Part shown: piece after piece, positions 18,532 through 28,934 of the stretch
Layout: each line of letters starts with the position of its first letter
How positions within the stretch are numbered: the first letter of the stretch is position 1
Assembly: GCA_965276605.1 (NCBI GenBank)
Contig: OZ255619.1
Coordinates: forward strand, 2,258,119-2,322,118
Reading direction: 5' to 3'
Source of the DNA: Acidobacteriaceae bacterium
Lineage (GTDB): Bacteria > Acidobacteriota > Terriglobia > Terriglobales > Acidobacteriaceae
Length of the DNA: 64,000 bases
Notes under the pieces: generated by a model
Database searches by the model: none
What the model was told of the DNA's origin: nothing
The model's input: only the letters and a program-made list of their open reading frames with translations
Position numbers and translations under genes: made by a program

Positions 18532-20403
18532 TTACAGATCGTCCGGCGACTCCAGCAGCGGGTCATTGATGCCAGGCGCGCCGCCCGCCGGCCGCAGGAT
18601 CATCTCATGCAGCGCCGCTCCGGCCGGGATCATCGGGTACACCGACTCTTCCTTCTCGACGAGGAAGTTGATCAGGAAAGGTCCCTTCATCGAACGCGCC
18701 TGCGCGAGCGCCGCGTCGACTTCACCACGTGCCCGCACCGTCGCCCCCGGAATCCCGTGCGCATCCGCGAGCTTCACGAAATCGGGCGAGAGAATTGGCG
18801 ACGATGCATAGTTCTTGTCGTAGAAAAACTCCTGCCACTGCCGCACCATGCCGAGATAGCCGTTGTTCACGATCGCAATGTTAATGTCGAGGTTCTCCTG
18901 CGCGATCGTCGAGAGCTCGCACGCCGTCATCTGGAAGCCCCCGTCGCCGGCGATCACCCACACTTCGCGGTCGGGGCAGGCGACCTTCGCACCGATGCCC
19001 GCGGGCAGCGCAAAACCCATTGTGCCCAGTCCGCCGGACGTGATCAACGTGCGTGGCCGTTCGTGCCGGTAATACTGCGCCTCCCACATCTGGTGCTGGC
19101 CCACATCTGTCGCAACAATCGCGTTGCCCTCGGTCGCGCGCCACAGGTCGTGCATCACATGCGCCGCGTACAGGTGGCCCAGGTCGGGCAGGTTGCGAAT
19201 ATCGCGCACCGCGCTCTCACCCTTGCTCGCGTAAATTTCGCGCAGCCACTCGCTCTCTCTTGCTGTAGTCGCACCAGAGAGATGCGGCAACAGCAGCTCC
19301 AGCACTTCGCGCAGGTCCCCGATCAGCGCCACATCCGCTTTCACGTTCTTGCCGATCTCCGATGGATCGATTTCGATGTGAATCTTCTTCGCATGCGGCG
19401 CATAGGTCGCGAGCGTGCCGGTCACGCGATCGTCGAAGCGCATCCCGCAGGCGATCAGCAGATCCGCCTTCTGGATCGCATCGTTCACCCACGATTCGCC
19501 GTGCATGCCCATCATGCCCAGCGCCAGCGGGTGCGAGGCAGGGAAGCCGCCAAGCCCCAGCAGAGTGGTCGCAACCGGAATCTGCATGCGCTCGGCAAGC
19601 GTCAACATCTGTTCTGTCGCAGTGGCTTTTATCACGCCATGTCCCGAGAGGAGGACTGGCCGCTTTGCCGCGCGGATCAATTCAGCCGCGTCCGAGATCG
19701 AGTCATACTCAGCGCTCAGCATGGGATGCGGCCGGCGTGGCCTGGGCGCGGCCGCCGAAAAGTTGAACTTCGCCGTCGCCTGCTGCGCGTCCTTGGTGAT
19801 GTCGACCAGCACCGGCCCCGGACGCCCCGCCTGCGCCACAGCAAATGCCTCGCGCAACACCGGCGCAATCTCCTCCGCGCGAGTCACCAGGTAGTTGTGC
19901 TTGGTCAGCGGCAGCGTCGCGCCGGTAATGTCGACCTCCTGGAACGCATCCGAGCCCAGCACCTTGCTTGACACCTGGCCTGTAATGCACACGATCGGAA
20001 TCGAGTCGAGCATCGCCGTCGCAAGCCCCGTCACCATGTTCGTCGCACCCGGCCCCGACGTCGCAATCGCCACGCCCACACGGCCCGAAGCCCGCGCGTA
20101 GCCATCGGCCATGTGCGTCGCGCCCTGCTCATGCCGAACCAGAATGTGCCGGATGGGAAACTTGCGCAGCGCGTCGTACACCGGCAGAATCGCGCCGCCC
20201 GGATAGCCGAACACCTCAGCCACACCTTCGCCTTCGAGCGTCGCCCACACAATCTCCGCGCCGGTTAACTCGATCGCGCTGTCCGCCTGCACCGCCTGCT
20301 CTACGTCTTCGTGGGTGTGCCGCGGCGCAGGCGCTGCAGCCTTCACGCCCCGGCCCATCTGCCCGTCCTGCCCCGGATTCGGTAGCTCGTGTGTGTCGCT
20401 CAT
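18532..20403 (-). CDS. ilvB: acetolactate synthase large subunit
   Basis: ORF 18532..20508. ATG 20403 avoids overlap with ilvD. ThDP-enzyme motifs GYPGGAILPVYDAL and GGLGTMGFALPAGIGAK. Confidence 0.95.
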   Translation of the reverse strand: MSDTHELPNPGQDGQMGRGVKAAAPAPRHTHEDVEQAVQADSAIELTGAEIVWATLEGEGVAEVFGYPGGAILPVYDALRKFPIRHILVRHEQGATHMADGYARASGRVGVAIATSGPGATNMVTGLATAMLDSIPIVCITGQVSSKVLGSDAFQEVDITGATLPLTKHNYLVTRAEEIAPVLREAFAVAQAGRPGPVLVDITKDAQQATAKFNFSAAAPRPRRPHPMLSAEYDSISDAAELIRAAKRPVLLSGHGVIKATATEQMLTLAERMQIPVATTLLGLGGFPASHPLALGMMGMHGESWVNDAIQKADLLIACGMRFDDRVTGTLATYAPHAKKIHIEIDPSEIGKNVKADVALIGDLREVLELLLPHLSGATTARESEWLREIYASKGESAVRDIRNLPDLGHLYAAHVMHDLWRATEGNAIVATDVGQHQMWEAQYYRHERPRTLITSGGLGTMGFALPAGIGAKVACPDREVWVIAGDGGFQMTACELSTIAQENLDINIAIVNNGYLGMVRQWQEFFYDKNYASSPILSPDFVKLADAHGIPGATVRARGEVDAALAQARSMKGPFLINFLVEKEESVYPMIPAGAALHEMILRPAGGAPGINDPLLESPDDL

Positions 20404-20414
20404 CTGCCCGCTCC

Positions 20415-22115
20415 TTAATTGGTGACCGCTCCGCGCGATGCGGATGAAACCGAATCGGCGTACTTGCGAAACACGCCGCGTGTATACCGTGGCGCGGGTG
20501 CCTGCCAACTCTTCAGCCGTGCCTCAATCTCGCTCTGCGACACGTCGACCGACAGCGTGCGATTGGGAATGTCGAAGGTGATGCTCTCACCCTCGCGGAT
20601 CGCCGCGATCGGGCCGCCGACAGCAGCTTCCGGCGCCACATGCCCCGCCATCAGCCCGCGCGTCGCGCCGGAGAAACGTCCATCGGTCAACAGCGCCACT
20701 GTTTCGCTCAGCTCCGGAATACCTGCAATCGCCGCGGTTACAGATAGCATCTCCTGCATGCCCGGACCGCCGCGCGGACCTTCATAGCGGATCACCATGA
20801 CGTCGCCGGGCTGGATCGCACCATGCTCGACCGCCGCAAACGCCTCCGGCTCTGACTCAAACACCCGCGCCGGCCCGGAGTGCGTGAGCCGCTTGTGCCC
20901 CGCAACCTTGACCACGCAGCCCTCAGGCGCGATATTGCCTTTCAGGATCACGAGTCCGCCCGTTGGCTTGATCGCATCTGCCACTGCAAAGATTACAGAT
21001 TGCCCAGGCTGCTCTTGAGCCAGCGCAGCCTCCTCGGCCAGCGACTTGCCCGTGATATTCGGCGCATCGCCGGCGATCAGCCTACCCTCAAGCAGGCGCT
21101 TCGCCAGCAGGCGCGATCCGCCGGCCGCCTGGTAGTCCTTCGCCACATACTTGCCGCCCGGCTTCAGATCGCAGAGTAGGGGAGTGCGGCTCGAGATGCG
21201 GTCGAAATCATCGATCGAAAGTTCCAGTCCCATCTCATGCGCGATCGCGAGGAAATGCAGCACCGCGTTTGTTGAGCCACCCGAAGCGGCCACACTCGCA
21301 ATCGCATTTTCAAGTGACACCCGCGTAATCAACCGCGACGGTTTCAGACCGTTCTGCGCGGCTTGCATCACCAGCCGCCCCGCTTCGCGTGAGGCCTCCA
21401 GCTTGGCCGGCAGAAACGCCGGCACGCCCGACAAACCAATCGGCGAGATCCCGAGAAACTCGCACGCCATGGCCATCGTGTTCGCCGTAAACTGCCCGCC
21501 GCACGCACCCGCGCCCGGGCACGCATGCGCCTCCACCGCCTCCAGGCCCGCATCGTCCAGCCGGCCCGCGGCATGCGAGCCAATCGCTTCGAACACGTCC
21601 TGCACCGTGAGATCGCGCCCATCCAGACGCCCCGGCGCAATCGATCCGCCGTACAGCATCAGCGAAGGAATATCGAGCCGCGCCAGTGCCATCACCGTGC
21701 CCGGCATGTTCTTGTCACAGCCTGCGATCGCAACCAGCCCATCAAACAGGTTGCCGCGCGCGACTAGTTCAACTGAGTCCGCAATCACCTCGCGCGAAAT
21801 CAGCGACGCCTTCATCCCCTCGGTGCCCATCGTGATGCCGTCCGAGATGGTGACCGTGTTGAACTCCATCGGCGTCCCGCCTGCTTCGCGCACGCCCTGC
21901 TTTACCGCTTCGGCAATCTCGCGCAGGTGATAGTTACACGGGCCGATTTCGGTCCAGGTGTTCGCGATCCCGATAATCGGTTTGCGCAGGTCATCACGCG
22001 TGTAGCCAACCGCGCGCAGCATCGCGCGCGCCGCTGCGCGGTTCGGGCCTTCGGTCAACGCAATACTGTTTGTTTTCGCCTTGCCGATCTGGTGAAGCGT
22101 TCCGTTGCTACTCAC
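20415..22115 (-). CDS. ilvD: dihydroxy-acid dehydratase
   Basis: [33 protein letters not shown] motifs. Confidence 0.97.
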   Translation of the reverse strand: MSSNGTLHQIGKAKTNSIALTEGPNRAAARAMLRAVGYTRDDLRKPIIGIANTWTEIGPCNYHLREIAEAVKQGVREAGGTPMEFNTVTISDGITMGTEGMKASLISREVIADSVELVARGNLFDGLVAIAGCDKNMPGTVMALARLDIPSLMLYGGSIAPGRLDGRDLTVQDVFEAIGSHAAGRLDDAGLEAVEAHACPGAGACGGQFTANTMAMACEFLGISPIGLSGVPAFLPAKLEASREAGRLVMQAAQNGLKPSRLITRVSLENAIASVAASGGSTNAVLHFLAIAHEMGLELSIDDFDRISSRTPLLCDLKPGGKYVAKDYQAAGGSRLLAKRLLEGRLIAGDAPNITGKSLAEEAALAQEQPGQSVIFAVADAIKPTGGLVILKGNIAPEGCVVKVAGHKRLTHSGPARVFESEPEAFAAVEHGAIQPGDVMVIRYEGPRGGPGMQEMLSVTAAIAGIPELSETVALLTDGRFSGATRGLMAGHVAPEAAVGGPIAAIREGESITFDIPNRTLSVDVSQSEIEARLKSWQAPAPRYTRGVFRKYADSVSSASRGAVTN

Positions 22116-22144
22116 TGTGCCCTTCCGATCCTGAGATCACATGC

Positions 22145-22179
22145 CACGAAGTGGCCGCAAGCCGCGTAGGCGGTCTTGT
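22145..22179. repeat. interspersed repeat family 2, single-arm copy in the ilvD/leuD spacer
   Basis: CACGAAGTGGCCGCAAGCCGCGTAGGCGGTCTTGT aligns with 3601-3635 and 44845-44876. Confidence 0.6.
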
Positions 22180-22182
22180 CTT

Positions 22183-22779
22183 TCAAGCGCGCGCACGCAG
22201 CCATGTCTCCGCATCATGCCGCTGTTCGTAGCGTGCGAGCGCCTCGGTGTGCCGCAGCGTCAGCCCGATATCATCCAGCCCCTGGAGCAGGCAATCGCGC
22301 CGGAACGGATCGATCGCGAAGCCCGTACGGAAACCAAGTTCGTCCGCGACCGTGTTCTCTTCAAGCGAGACCGTCAGCCGATAGCCATCGGCAGCCCTGG
22401 CATGCAGCATGATCTGTTCAGTTTCTGTTTCAGATAGCACCACCGGCAGAATCCCGTTTTTGCCCGCGTTCGAGTAGAAAATGTCCGCAAAGCTCGGCGC
22501 GATCACGCAGCGAAAGCCGCATTGCAGCAGCGCCCATGCCGCATGCTCTCGCGACGAGCCGCAGCCGAAGTTCCTGCCCGCAACAAGTATCTGCGAGCCG
22601 CGGTACTCCGGGTTGTTCAGCACGAAGCTCGGGTTCTGCCGCCAGTCATAGAACAGAAAATCCTCATAGCCCGTCCGCTCAATCCGCTTGAGAAACTGTT
22701 TGGGAATTATCTGGTCCGTATCAACGTTCGATAAATCGAGCGGTGTCACCACTGATGTGAGTCGAGTGAATGCCTGCAT
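22183..22779 (-). CDS. leuD: 3-isopropylmalate dehydratase small subunit
   Basis: ATG 22779 ([31 protein letters not shown]). Overlaps the leuC stop by 1 nt (TAATG). Confidence 0.95.
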   Translation of the reverse strand: MQAFTRLTSVVTPLDLSNVDTDQIIPKQFLKRIERTGYEDFLFYDWRQNPSFVLNNPEYRGSQILVAGRNFGCGSSREHAAWALLQCGFRCVIAPSFADIFYSNAGKNGILPVVLSETETEQIMLHARAADGYRLTVSLEENTVADELGFRTGFAIDPFRRDCLLQGLDDIGLTLRHTEALARYEQRHDAETWLRARA

Positions 22780-24215
22780 TATGCCAGCACCTCCGCCTGC
22801 CGGTATTGCCATGTGCGAATATCCGTAAATCGTCCCATCACCGCCGCCGCCGCGGCCATCGCGGGGCTCACCAGGTGCGTGCGTCCGCCCTTGCCCTGGC
22901 GCCCTTCAAAGTTGCGGTTTGAGGTCGATGCGCAGCGCTCGCCGGGCTGCAGAATATCCGGGTTCATGCCGAGGCACATCGAGCAGCCCGGCTCGCGCCA
23001 GTCAAAGCCGGCTTCCTTGAAGATATGGTCCAGTCCCTCGCGCTCCGCCTGCGCCTTCACCTGCTGCGAGCCCGGCACCACCATCGCGCTTACATCCGCG
23101 TGAACCCGGTAGCCGGCGACCACCTTCGCCGCCGCGCGCAGATCTTCAATCCGTGCATTCGTGCAGGAGCCAAGAAACACACGATCAATCGCAATCTCCT
23201 CGATCGGCGTGCCGGCACGCAGGTCCATGTATTCAAGTGCCCGCGCCAGCCCATTGCGATCCGCCTCAGTCGCTCCCACGGACGGATCTGGTACCGTATC
23301 GGTTACAGATACCACCATCCCCGGGCTCGTGCCCCAGGTCACATACGGCGTCAGCTCATGCGCCTCAATCACCAGCTCTCGATCGAACTGCGCCCCTTCA
23401 TCGGTCGGCAGCTTACGCCACTCCTGTTTCGCACGTTCCCACTCCGCGCCTTTCGGCGAGAAGCGCCGTCCCTCCAGATACGCAAACGTTGTCTCGTCGG
23501 GCGCGATCATGCCCGCCCGCGCCCCGGCCTCGATGCTCATGTTGCACACCGTCATACGCCCTTCCATCGAGAGCGCGCGAATCGCCGAGCCTGCATACTC
23601 AATCGCGCAACCGGTCGCGCCATCTGTGCCGATGCGGCCGATGATGCCCAGCACGACATCCTTCGCTGTCACTCCTTGCGGCAGCTCGCCTTCGACCGCG
23701 ATGCGGAATGTCTTCGGCCGCGTCTGCGGCAAAGTCTGCGTCGCCAGCACGTGCTCTACCTCGCTGGTGCCGATGCCGAACGCAAGCGCGCCGAACGCGC
23801 CATGCGTCGACGTGTGCGAGTCGCCGCACACAATCGTCATGCCCGGCTTCGTCGCGCCCAGCTCCGGTCCGATCATGTGCACAATGCCCTGGTCCACCGA
23901 GTTCACGTCGAACAGTTCGACCCCGAACTCTGCGCAGTTCTTCCGCAATGCGTTGATCTGCGCCGCCGCGATCGGGTCTTTGATGTTTACGCGCTCGCTG
24001 TCCGTCGGCACGTTGTGGTCGACTGTTGCGAGGGTGCGATCAGTGCGTGCCACCATGCGCCCGGCCATGCGCAGCCCATCAAATGCCTGCGGCGAGGTCA
24101 CCTCGTGCACCAGCTGCAGATCGATGTAGAGGATCGTTGGCTCGCCCGCGGGCTCAGCGACGATGTGCTGCTCCCAGAGTTTCTCAAACAGTGTCTTCGG
24201 TGTGCTCATACCCAC
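22779..24215 (-). CDS. leuC: 3-isopropylmalate dehydratase large subunit
   Basis: [45 protein letters not shown] aconitase-family motifs. Confidence 0.97.
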   Translation of the reverse strand: MGMSTPKTLFEKLWEQHIVAEPAGEPTILYIDLQLVHEVTSPQAFDGLRMAGRMVARTDRTLATVDHNVPTDSERVNIKDPIAAAQINALRKNCAEFGVELFDVNSVDQGIVHMIGPELGATKPGMTIVCGDSHTSTHGAFGALAFGIGTSEVEHVLATQTLPQTRPKTFRIAVEGELPQGVTAKDVVLGIIGRIGTDGATGCAIEYAGSAIRALSMEGRMTVCNMSIEAGARAGMIAPDETTFAYLEGRRFSPKGAEWERAKQEWRKLPTDEGAQFDRELVIEAHELTPYVTWGTSPGMVVSVTDTVPDPSVGATEADRNGLARALEYMDLRAGTPIEEIAIDRVFLGSCTNARIEDLRAAAKVVAGYRVHADVSAMVVPGSQQVKAQAEREGLDHIFKEAGFDWREPGCSMCLGMNPDILQPGERCASTSNRNFEGRQGKGGRTHLVSPAMAAAAAVMGRFTDIRTWQYRQAEVLA

Positions 24216-24220
24216 TTCCT

Positions 24221-24290
24221 TCTAAAACCGGACTGTTGGGGCGAAGCCCTGATGCGACTGGCGGCCACTTCGGGGCTGGTTTCGTTGCGT
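24221..24290. repeat. interspersed repeat family 2, diverged copy in the leuB/leuC spacer
   Basis: TCTAAAACCG...GCGGCCACTTCG...GTTTCG parallels the left arm at 44709-44760. It is in the opposite orientation to the 22145 copy. Confidence 0.45.
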
Positions 24291-25405
24291 TAGCGTTTGC
24301 CCGCAGCCAGGCGCGACTCTTCTAGCTGGTGCCGAAGCGCTTCAATCAACGCATCGTTGATGCGCACGCCCATCTCCTGGGTACTCATCGCCTCTTCGCC
24401 CTGGCGCGCCAGATCTTTCGTGCGCGCACCCGCTTCCAGCACAGAGCGCACCGCCTGCTCGACCGCCAACGCTTCCGTCTCCAGTCCCGCCGAGTGTCGC
24501 AGCAGCATCGCCGCGGTAAGGATCGCCCCGATCGGGTTCGCAATACCTTTCCCCGCAATGTCGGGCGCCGACCCGTGCACCGGCTCATACAAATCAACTG
24601 TGCCGCCCACGGTGGCAGAAGGCAGCACCCCCAGCGAGCCTGAGATCACGCCCGCCTCATCCGACAGAATGTCGCCGAACAGGTTCTCCGTCAGCACCAC
24701 ATCAAAGCGCCGAGGACTGTTCATCAGGTGCATCGCCATCGCATCGACATACTCATGCTCCACCGTTACATCGGGGTAATCGCTAGCAATTTCGTTCACC
24801 GTGGCGCGCCACAGCTGCGACACCTCCAGCACATTCGCCTTATCAACCGAAGTCAGCTTCTTCCGCCGTCCCCGCGCCAACTCAAATGCCACGCGCGCCA
24901 CCCGCTCAACCTCCGCGCGTGTGTAGCGCATGGTGTTCCACGCTTCTCCACCGGCACGATCCCACTCACGCGGCTGCCCAAAGTACAAGCCACCCAGCAG
25001 CTCGCGCACAAAGAGAATATCCGCGCCTTCAATCACCTCTGGCCGCAGCGGCGAGTTCTGCGCAAGCGCCGCGTGCGCAAACGCGGGACGAAGATTCGCA
25101 AACCCACCCAGCGCCGCGCGGATCGCCAGCAGGCCGGCCTCGGGCCGCTCCTTCGGCGGCAGCGCGTTGAACTTGTTATGGCCCACCGCGCCGAGGAACA
25201 CCGCATCGCTCTCAAGCGCCGCCTCGCGCGTCGCCTGCGGAAGCGGCGTGCCATGCGCGTCAATCGCAGCCCCGCCAATCAGCGCCTCCTTGAACACAAA
25301 GCCGTGGTCGCCATGCGCGGCAACCGTGCGCAGCACGCGCAATGCTTCGTCTGTCACCTCCGGCCCGATCCCATCGCCGGCCAGAACCAGAATTTTCAAC
25401 TGCAT
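24290..25405 (-). CDS. leuB: 3-isopropylmalate dehydrogenase
   Basis: [13 protein letters not shown] and [11 protein letters not shown] motifs. Confidence 0.97.
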   Translation of the reverse strand: MQLKILVLAGDGIGPEVTDEALRVLRTVAAHGDHGFVFKEALIGGAAIDAHGTPLPQATREAALESDAVFLGAVGHNKFNALPPKERPEAGLLAIRAALGGFANLRPAFAHAALAQNSPLRPEVIEGADILFVRELLGGLYFGQPREWDRAGGEAWNTMRYTRAEVERVARVAFELARGRRKKLTSVDKANVLEVSQLWRATVNEIASDYPDVTVEHEYVDAMAMHLMNSPRRFDVVLTENLFGDILSDEAGVISGSLGVLPSATVGGTVDLYEPVHGSAPDIAGKGIANPIGAILTAAMLLRHSAGLETEALAVEQAVRSVLEAGARTKDLARQGEEAMSTQEMGVRINDALIEALRHQLEESRLAAGKR

Positions 25406-25430
25406 GCCATCTCCTCAGTCTCCGTTCCGC

Positions 25431-26654
25431 TTAGCCTTGCGTCGCAGACGCCGTCGCTGCGCGCGCCGTCTCGGGCTCCGCGGCACGCGTCGCCAGGTTC
25501 TTCAGGTCCTGGTCGTAGATCGATTTCTTGCGGTCGGCCAGCGCGATAAACGCAGCATAGGCGCGCTCCAGCTCTGCCGGCTCCAGCACAAAACCCAGCT
25601 CCCCCAGCCGCGCCCGCAGCGCCGCCCGCCCGGAGTGCTTGCCGAGCACCAGCTTGTTTGCTGGCTGGCCTACCGAGGCCGGCGTCATAATCTCGTACGT
25701 CAGCGGATTCGCCAGCATGCCGTGCTGGTGGATGCCCGCCTCATGCGCAAACGCGTTCTCGCCGACGATCGCCTTGTTCGGCGCCGGCCGGAACGAGATC
25801 GTCTCCCCCAGCAGCCGGCTCGTCGCGTACAGCCTGTCCAGCACAAGATTGCTGCCCACCTGGTAGCGGTCCGCCCGCACCTTCAGGGCTGCTGCAATCT
25901 CTTCGAGCGCTGCATTGCCCGCGCGCTCGCCGATGCCGTTGATCGTGCACTCCACCTGCCGCGCACCGCCCTGCACGCCGGCCAGGGTATTCGCAACCGC
26001 CAGCCCCAGGTCGTCGTGGCAGTGCGTCGACAGCACCACGCGCTCGGCATGCGGCGTCCCCGCCAGCACGCACGCATGCACCGCGCGGTACATCGCCGCG
26101 TAGTCCTCGGGCGTCGAGTAGCCTGTCGTATCCGGCAGGTTGATCGTCGTTGCGCCCGCCTCGATCGCTACCCGCGCCATCGCGCACAGGTAGCCGATCT
26201 CGGTGCGCGTCGCATCCTCAGCCGAGAATTCAACGTCCTCCACATACGTGCGCGCCAGCGCCACCATCTCGCCCACCTGCGCCAGCGCTTTTTCGCGGCT
26301 CATCTTCAGCTTGAACTCCAGGTGGATATCCGAGCTGGCCAGAAACGTATGAATGCGCGCCCGCTCTGCCCCTTCGATCGACGCCGCGGCGCGCTCGATA
26401 TCCTCACGCCGCGCCCGCGCCAGCGATGCGATCACCGGCCGCCGAACCTCGCGCGCCACATGCCGGATCGCCTGGAAATCGCCTTCCGACGAGATCGCAA
26501 AGCCCGCCTCCAGAATGTCCACACCGAGCTCTTCCAGAGCGTGCGCCATCCTCAGCTTCTCTGGCTCCGTCATGCTGCAACCGGGCGACTGCTCGCCATC
26601 GCGCAGCGTGGTATCGAAGAAAAGAACCGTCCCGTTTGCCATCGCTATCATCAC
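25431..26654 (-). CDS. leuA: 2-isopropylmalate synthase, short form (catalytic barrel without the C-terminal regulatory domain)
   Basis: [14 protein letters not shown] and [16 protein letters not shown]. The protein ends about 30 aa after [12 protein letters not shown] in an Ala/Thr-rich tail (407 aa ORF). The start may be ATG 26642. Confidence 0.85.
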   Translation of the reverse strand: MMIAMANGTVLFFDTTLRDGEQSPGCSMTEPEKLRMAHALEELGVDILEAGFAISSEGDFQAIRHVAREVRRPVIASLARARREDIERAAASIEGAERARIHTFLASSDIHLEFKLKMSREKALAQVGEMVALARTYVEDVEFSAEDATRTEIGYLCAMARVAIEAGATTINLPDTTGYSTPEDYAAMYRAVHACVLAGTPHAERVVLSTHCHDDLGLAVANTLAGVQGGARQVECTINGIGERAGNAALEEIAAALKVRADRYQVGSNLVLDRLYATSRLLGETISFRPAPNKAIVGENAFAHEAGIHQHGMLANPLTYEIMTPASVGQPANKLVLGKHSGRAALRARLGELGFVLEPAELERAYAAFIALADRKKSIYDQDLKNLATRAAEPETARAATASATQG

Positions 26655-26735
26655 TGCCCCGCTGTGTTTTTCGATCGCACGAACAGTCTGGCAGAGTACC
26701 GTTTATAAATCCAATCTTAAAATATTGTACATACG

Positions 26736-26750
26736 ATAAGACACGCTTAT
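26736..26750. promoter_or_regulatory. candidate LysR-type (T-N11-A) dyad in the leuA/LysR divergent region
   Basis: ATAAG-ACACG-CTTAT perfect dyad inside the AT-rich 135-bp spacer, 40 bp upstream of the LysR ATG. Confidence 0.35.
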
Positions 26751-26789
26751 AGTTACTAAGTGAACAGAACATCGAAAGGCTTATAGCTT

Positions 26790-27713
26790 ATGGAGATGGC
26801 GCAGCTGGAAACCTTTCTCGCCATCGTCGAGGAGCGCGGCTTTTCACGGGCAGCGGTGCGCCTGCACCGGACCCAGCCGGCGGTCAGCCAGGGCATTCGC
26901 AAGCTGGAAGAGGAGCTCGGCGAGCGGCTCTTTGAGCGAGGCAGCCGCGACGGGACCCTCACCGCTGCCGGCGAGGTGCTGCGCAGCTACGCCGAACGCC
27001 TGCTGCGTCTGCGCGGCGAGGCCGCCAGCGCCGTCGAGGAGTTGCGCTCGCTCGAGCGCGGGCGCCTGCTCGTGGCGGCGAACGAGTACACCTCGCACTT
27101 CCTGCTGCCGGTGCTCGCGGCCTACCGGCAGAGCAGCCCGCAGATCGGCATCGTGGTGCAGCGCTCGCTCGCGAGCCGCATCCCGGAGCAGGTGCTGGAG
27201 CGTTCGGTCGAGCTCGGCGTGCTCTCGTTTCTGCCCGAGCAGGAAGGGCTCTCGGCCATCGCCGTTTACGAGGACGATGTCGCGCTGGTGGTCGACCCGG
27301 GCCACCCCCTGGCCAGATCCTCGTCGGTTTCGGTCTGCGACCTGGGCGCGCAGAACTTTATCGGGCACGCGGTCGCCTCGCCGGTCCGAAGCGAGATTAC
27401 GGAGCTGTTCGCACGCCTCAAAACGCCGCTGCACATGGGCGTGCAGCTGCCCAGCCTCGAGGCCATCAAGCGTTTTGTCGCCCTGGGCGCCGGCGTCGCG
27501 ATCCTGCCCGGCCTCGCCGTCCTGCAGGAGGTCGCCCGCGGCGAGCTGGTGCGCGTGCCCGTGCCGGAGCTCGACTGGAAGCGCCGTCTGTGGCTCGTGC
27601 GCCGCCGCCAGGGCATGCTCTCGCACGCAGCCAGCGCTTTTCTGCGCACCTTGCGCACCCTGGCGGAGGAACAGGGGCTGCCCCACCGCTTTGCGCCGGA
27701 ACCCGACAGCTAG
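26790..27713 (+). CDS. LysR-family transcriptional regulator
   Basis: N-terminal wHTH LETFLAIVEERGFSRAAVRLHRTQPAVSQGIRKLEEELG plus a substrate-binding domain. Divergent from the leu-ilv operon. Confidence 0.92.
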   Translation: MEMAQLETFLAIVEERGFSRAAVRLHRTQPAVSQGIRKLEEELGERLFERGSRDGTLTAAGEVLRSYAERLLRLRGEAASAVEELRSLERGRLLVAANEYTSHFLLPVLAAYRQSSPQIGIVVQRSLASRIPEQVLERSVELGVLSFLPEQEGLSAIAVYEDDVALVVDPGHPLARSSSVSVCDLGAQNFIGHAVASPVRSEITELFARLKTPLHMGVQLPSLEAIKRFVALGAGVAILPGLAVLQEVARGELVRVPVPELDWKRRLWLVRRRQGMLSHAASAFLRTLRTLAEEQGLPHRFAPEPDS

Positions 27714-27826
27714 AGCACTTCTCCCACAGATGTAGCGGAAGCCATCCCACTCCACGTGCCTTTCCGTCAAGAAAAGCCACACACCACGAGTCATGGAAGT
27801 GCATACCTATGGGAGAAATGCTCTAA
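27710..27826. repeat. structured ~117-bp repeat, copy B
   Basis: Arms TAGAGCACTTCTCCCA (27711-27726) / TGGGAGAAATGCTCTA (27810-27825), one mismatch. Core CACTCCACGTGCCTTTCCGTCAAGAAAAGCCACA matches copy A. The left CTAG holds the LysR TAG stop. Confidence 0.75.
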
Positions 27827-28011
27827 ACTCGCGCAATCGGCTGCACCGTGGGTCTCGGCGGCAGCTCTACCCGGGACTGCATGTGGGGCGTGACGCTCTT
27901 GCGTGCACGGGCGTGCATCAGTAGATAGAACAGTCCGTACACGGCCGCCAGCCCCAGCAGGCACAGCAGCAGGAAGCGGCATACGCGCAGTGGAGTAAAG
28001 GGTTCTGCCAC
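27823..28011 (-). CDS. possible small membrane protein
   Basis: 62 aa with one clear hydrophobic span (FLLLCLLGLAAVYGLFYLL). No recognised family. Its stop lies in the right terminus of repeat copy B. Confidence 0.3.
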   Translation of the reverse strand: MAEPFTPLRVCRFLLLCLLGLAAVYGLFYLLMHARARKSVTPHMQSRVELPPRPTVQPIARV

Positions 28012-28197
28012 GAAGGACCTCCAGATAAACCGATGGGATGCACCCGGCGGACCCTCGGCAAAGGTACAATTGCGATTGACCGGGAAGCGCGTTCAGATGG
28101 CTTGACCGCCCGGAACTTGGCAGTGCCCACAGGGCAACGCTCCGCGCGTATGGACTGGAAGACTGGTTGCGCGCCGGGCGAGAGGTCGACACAACGA

Positions 28198-28809
28198 ATG
28201 AAGAGATGGATTCTGTTTCTGGCGAGCCTGCCTCTGGTAGCCGCCGTGGCGCACGCGCAGGAGAGCCGGCAGGACGCGAGCGTTAGCTACTCCGGATTGT
28301 TCTCACCCCAGGTTGTCGGCAACGCCATCACCCAGACGGGCACCGTCGGCGATGCCGGCGTGCTCGGCAGCTACCGCTACCTGCTCACCCCCCGCGGCGC
28401 GGTCGAGGCCAACTATGGCTACAACCGCTACATCAACAAGTACGCCGGGCCGGCCGGCATCAACACCCGCGCGCACACGCAATTCCAGGAGTTCTCCGCC
28501 GAGTACGTCTACAGCGCTTTCTCCTGGCATAACTTCTTCCCGTTTGTGGAAGGCGGTGTCGGCGGCTACTTCTTCGGCATCGTCAACGACAACAAGACCA
28601 ACTACACCAACTTGAAGAGCAACACCGCGATCGGCGTGCCCTACGGCGGCGGCGTCGCCTACGAACTCAGCCCCAGCTTCGATATTCGTGTGGAGTATCG
28701 CGGCATCGTCGTGAAGGCGCCCAGCCTCAGCGCACCGGGCAACTCCACCGCCACCGGTCGATACGAGAACATCAGCAATCCGGTTGTCGGCGTCGCCTAC
28801 CACTTTTAA
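28198..28809 (+). CDS. outer-membrane beta-barrel protein (OmpW/porin-like small barrel)
   Basis: ATG 28198 (MKRWILFLASLPLVAAVAHAQ signal). Alternating beta-strand pattern and C-terminal ...VVGVAYHF. Confidence 0.7.
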   Translation: MKRWILFLASLPLVAAVAHAQESRQDASVSYSGLFSPQVVGNAITQTGTVGDAGVLGSYRYLLTPRGAVEANYGYNRYINKYAGPAGINTRAHTQFQEFSAEYVYSAFSWHNFFPFVEGGVGGYFFGIVNDNKTNYTNLKSNTAIGVPYGGGVAYELSPSFDIRVEYRGIVVKAPSLSAPGNSTATGRYENISNPVVGVAYHF

Positions 28810-28841
28810 AGCAGGAACACAGAAGCTGTGAGCCGCAGAAA

Positions 28842-28870
28842 ATGCCCCGCCACGGCGGGGCATTTTTATT
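28842..28870. terminator. bidirectional intrinsic terminator
   Basis: ATGCCCCGCC-AC-GGCGGGGCAT stem followed by TTTTATT, with an A run on the other side. It lies between convergent OMP genes. Confidence 0.7.
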
Positions 28871-28934
28871 GTGTCTGCGCACGAACATAACTTGTGTCGC
28901 GAAAGACTTCCGCGTCAGTAGATGCCAGTAGATA

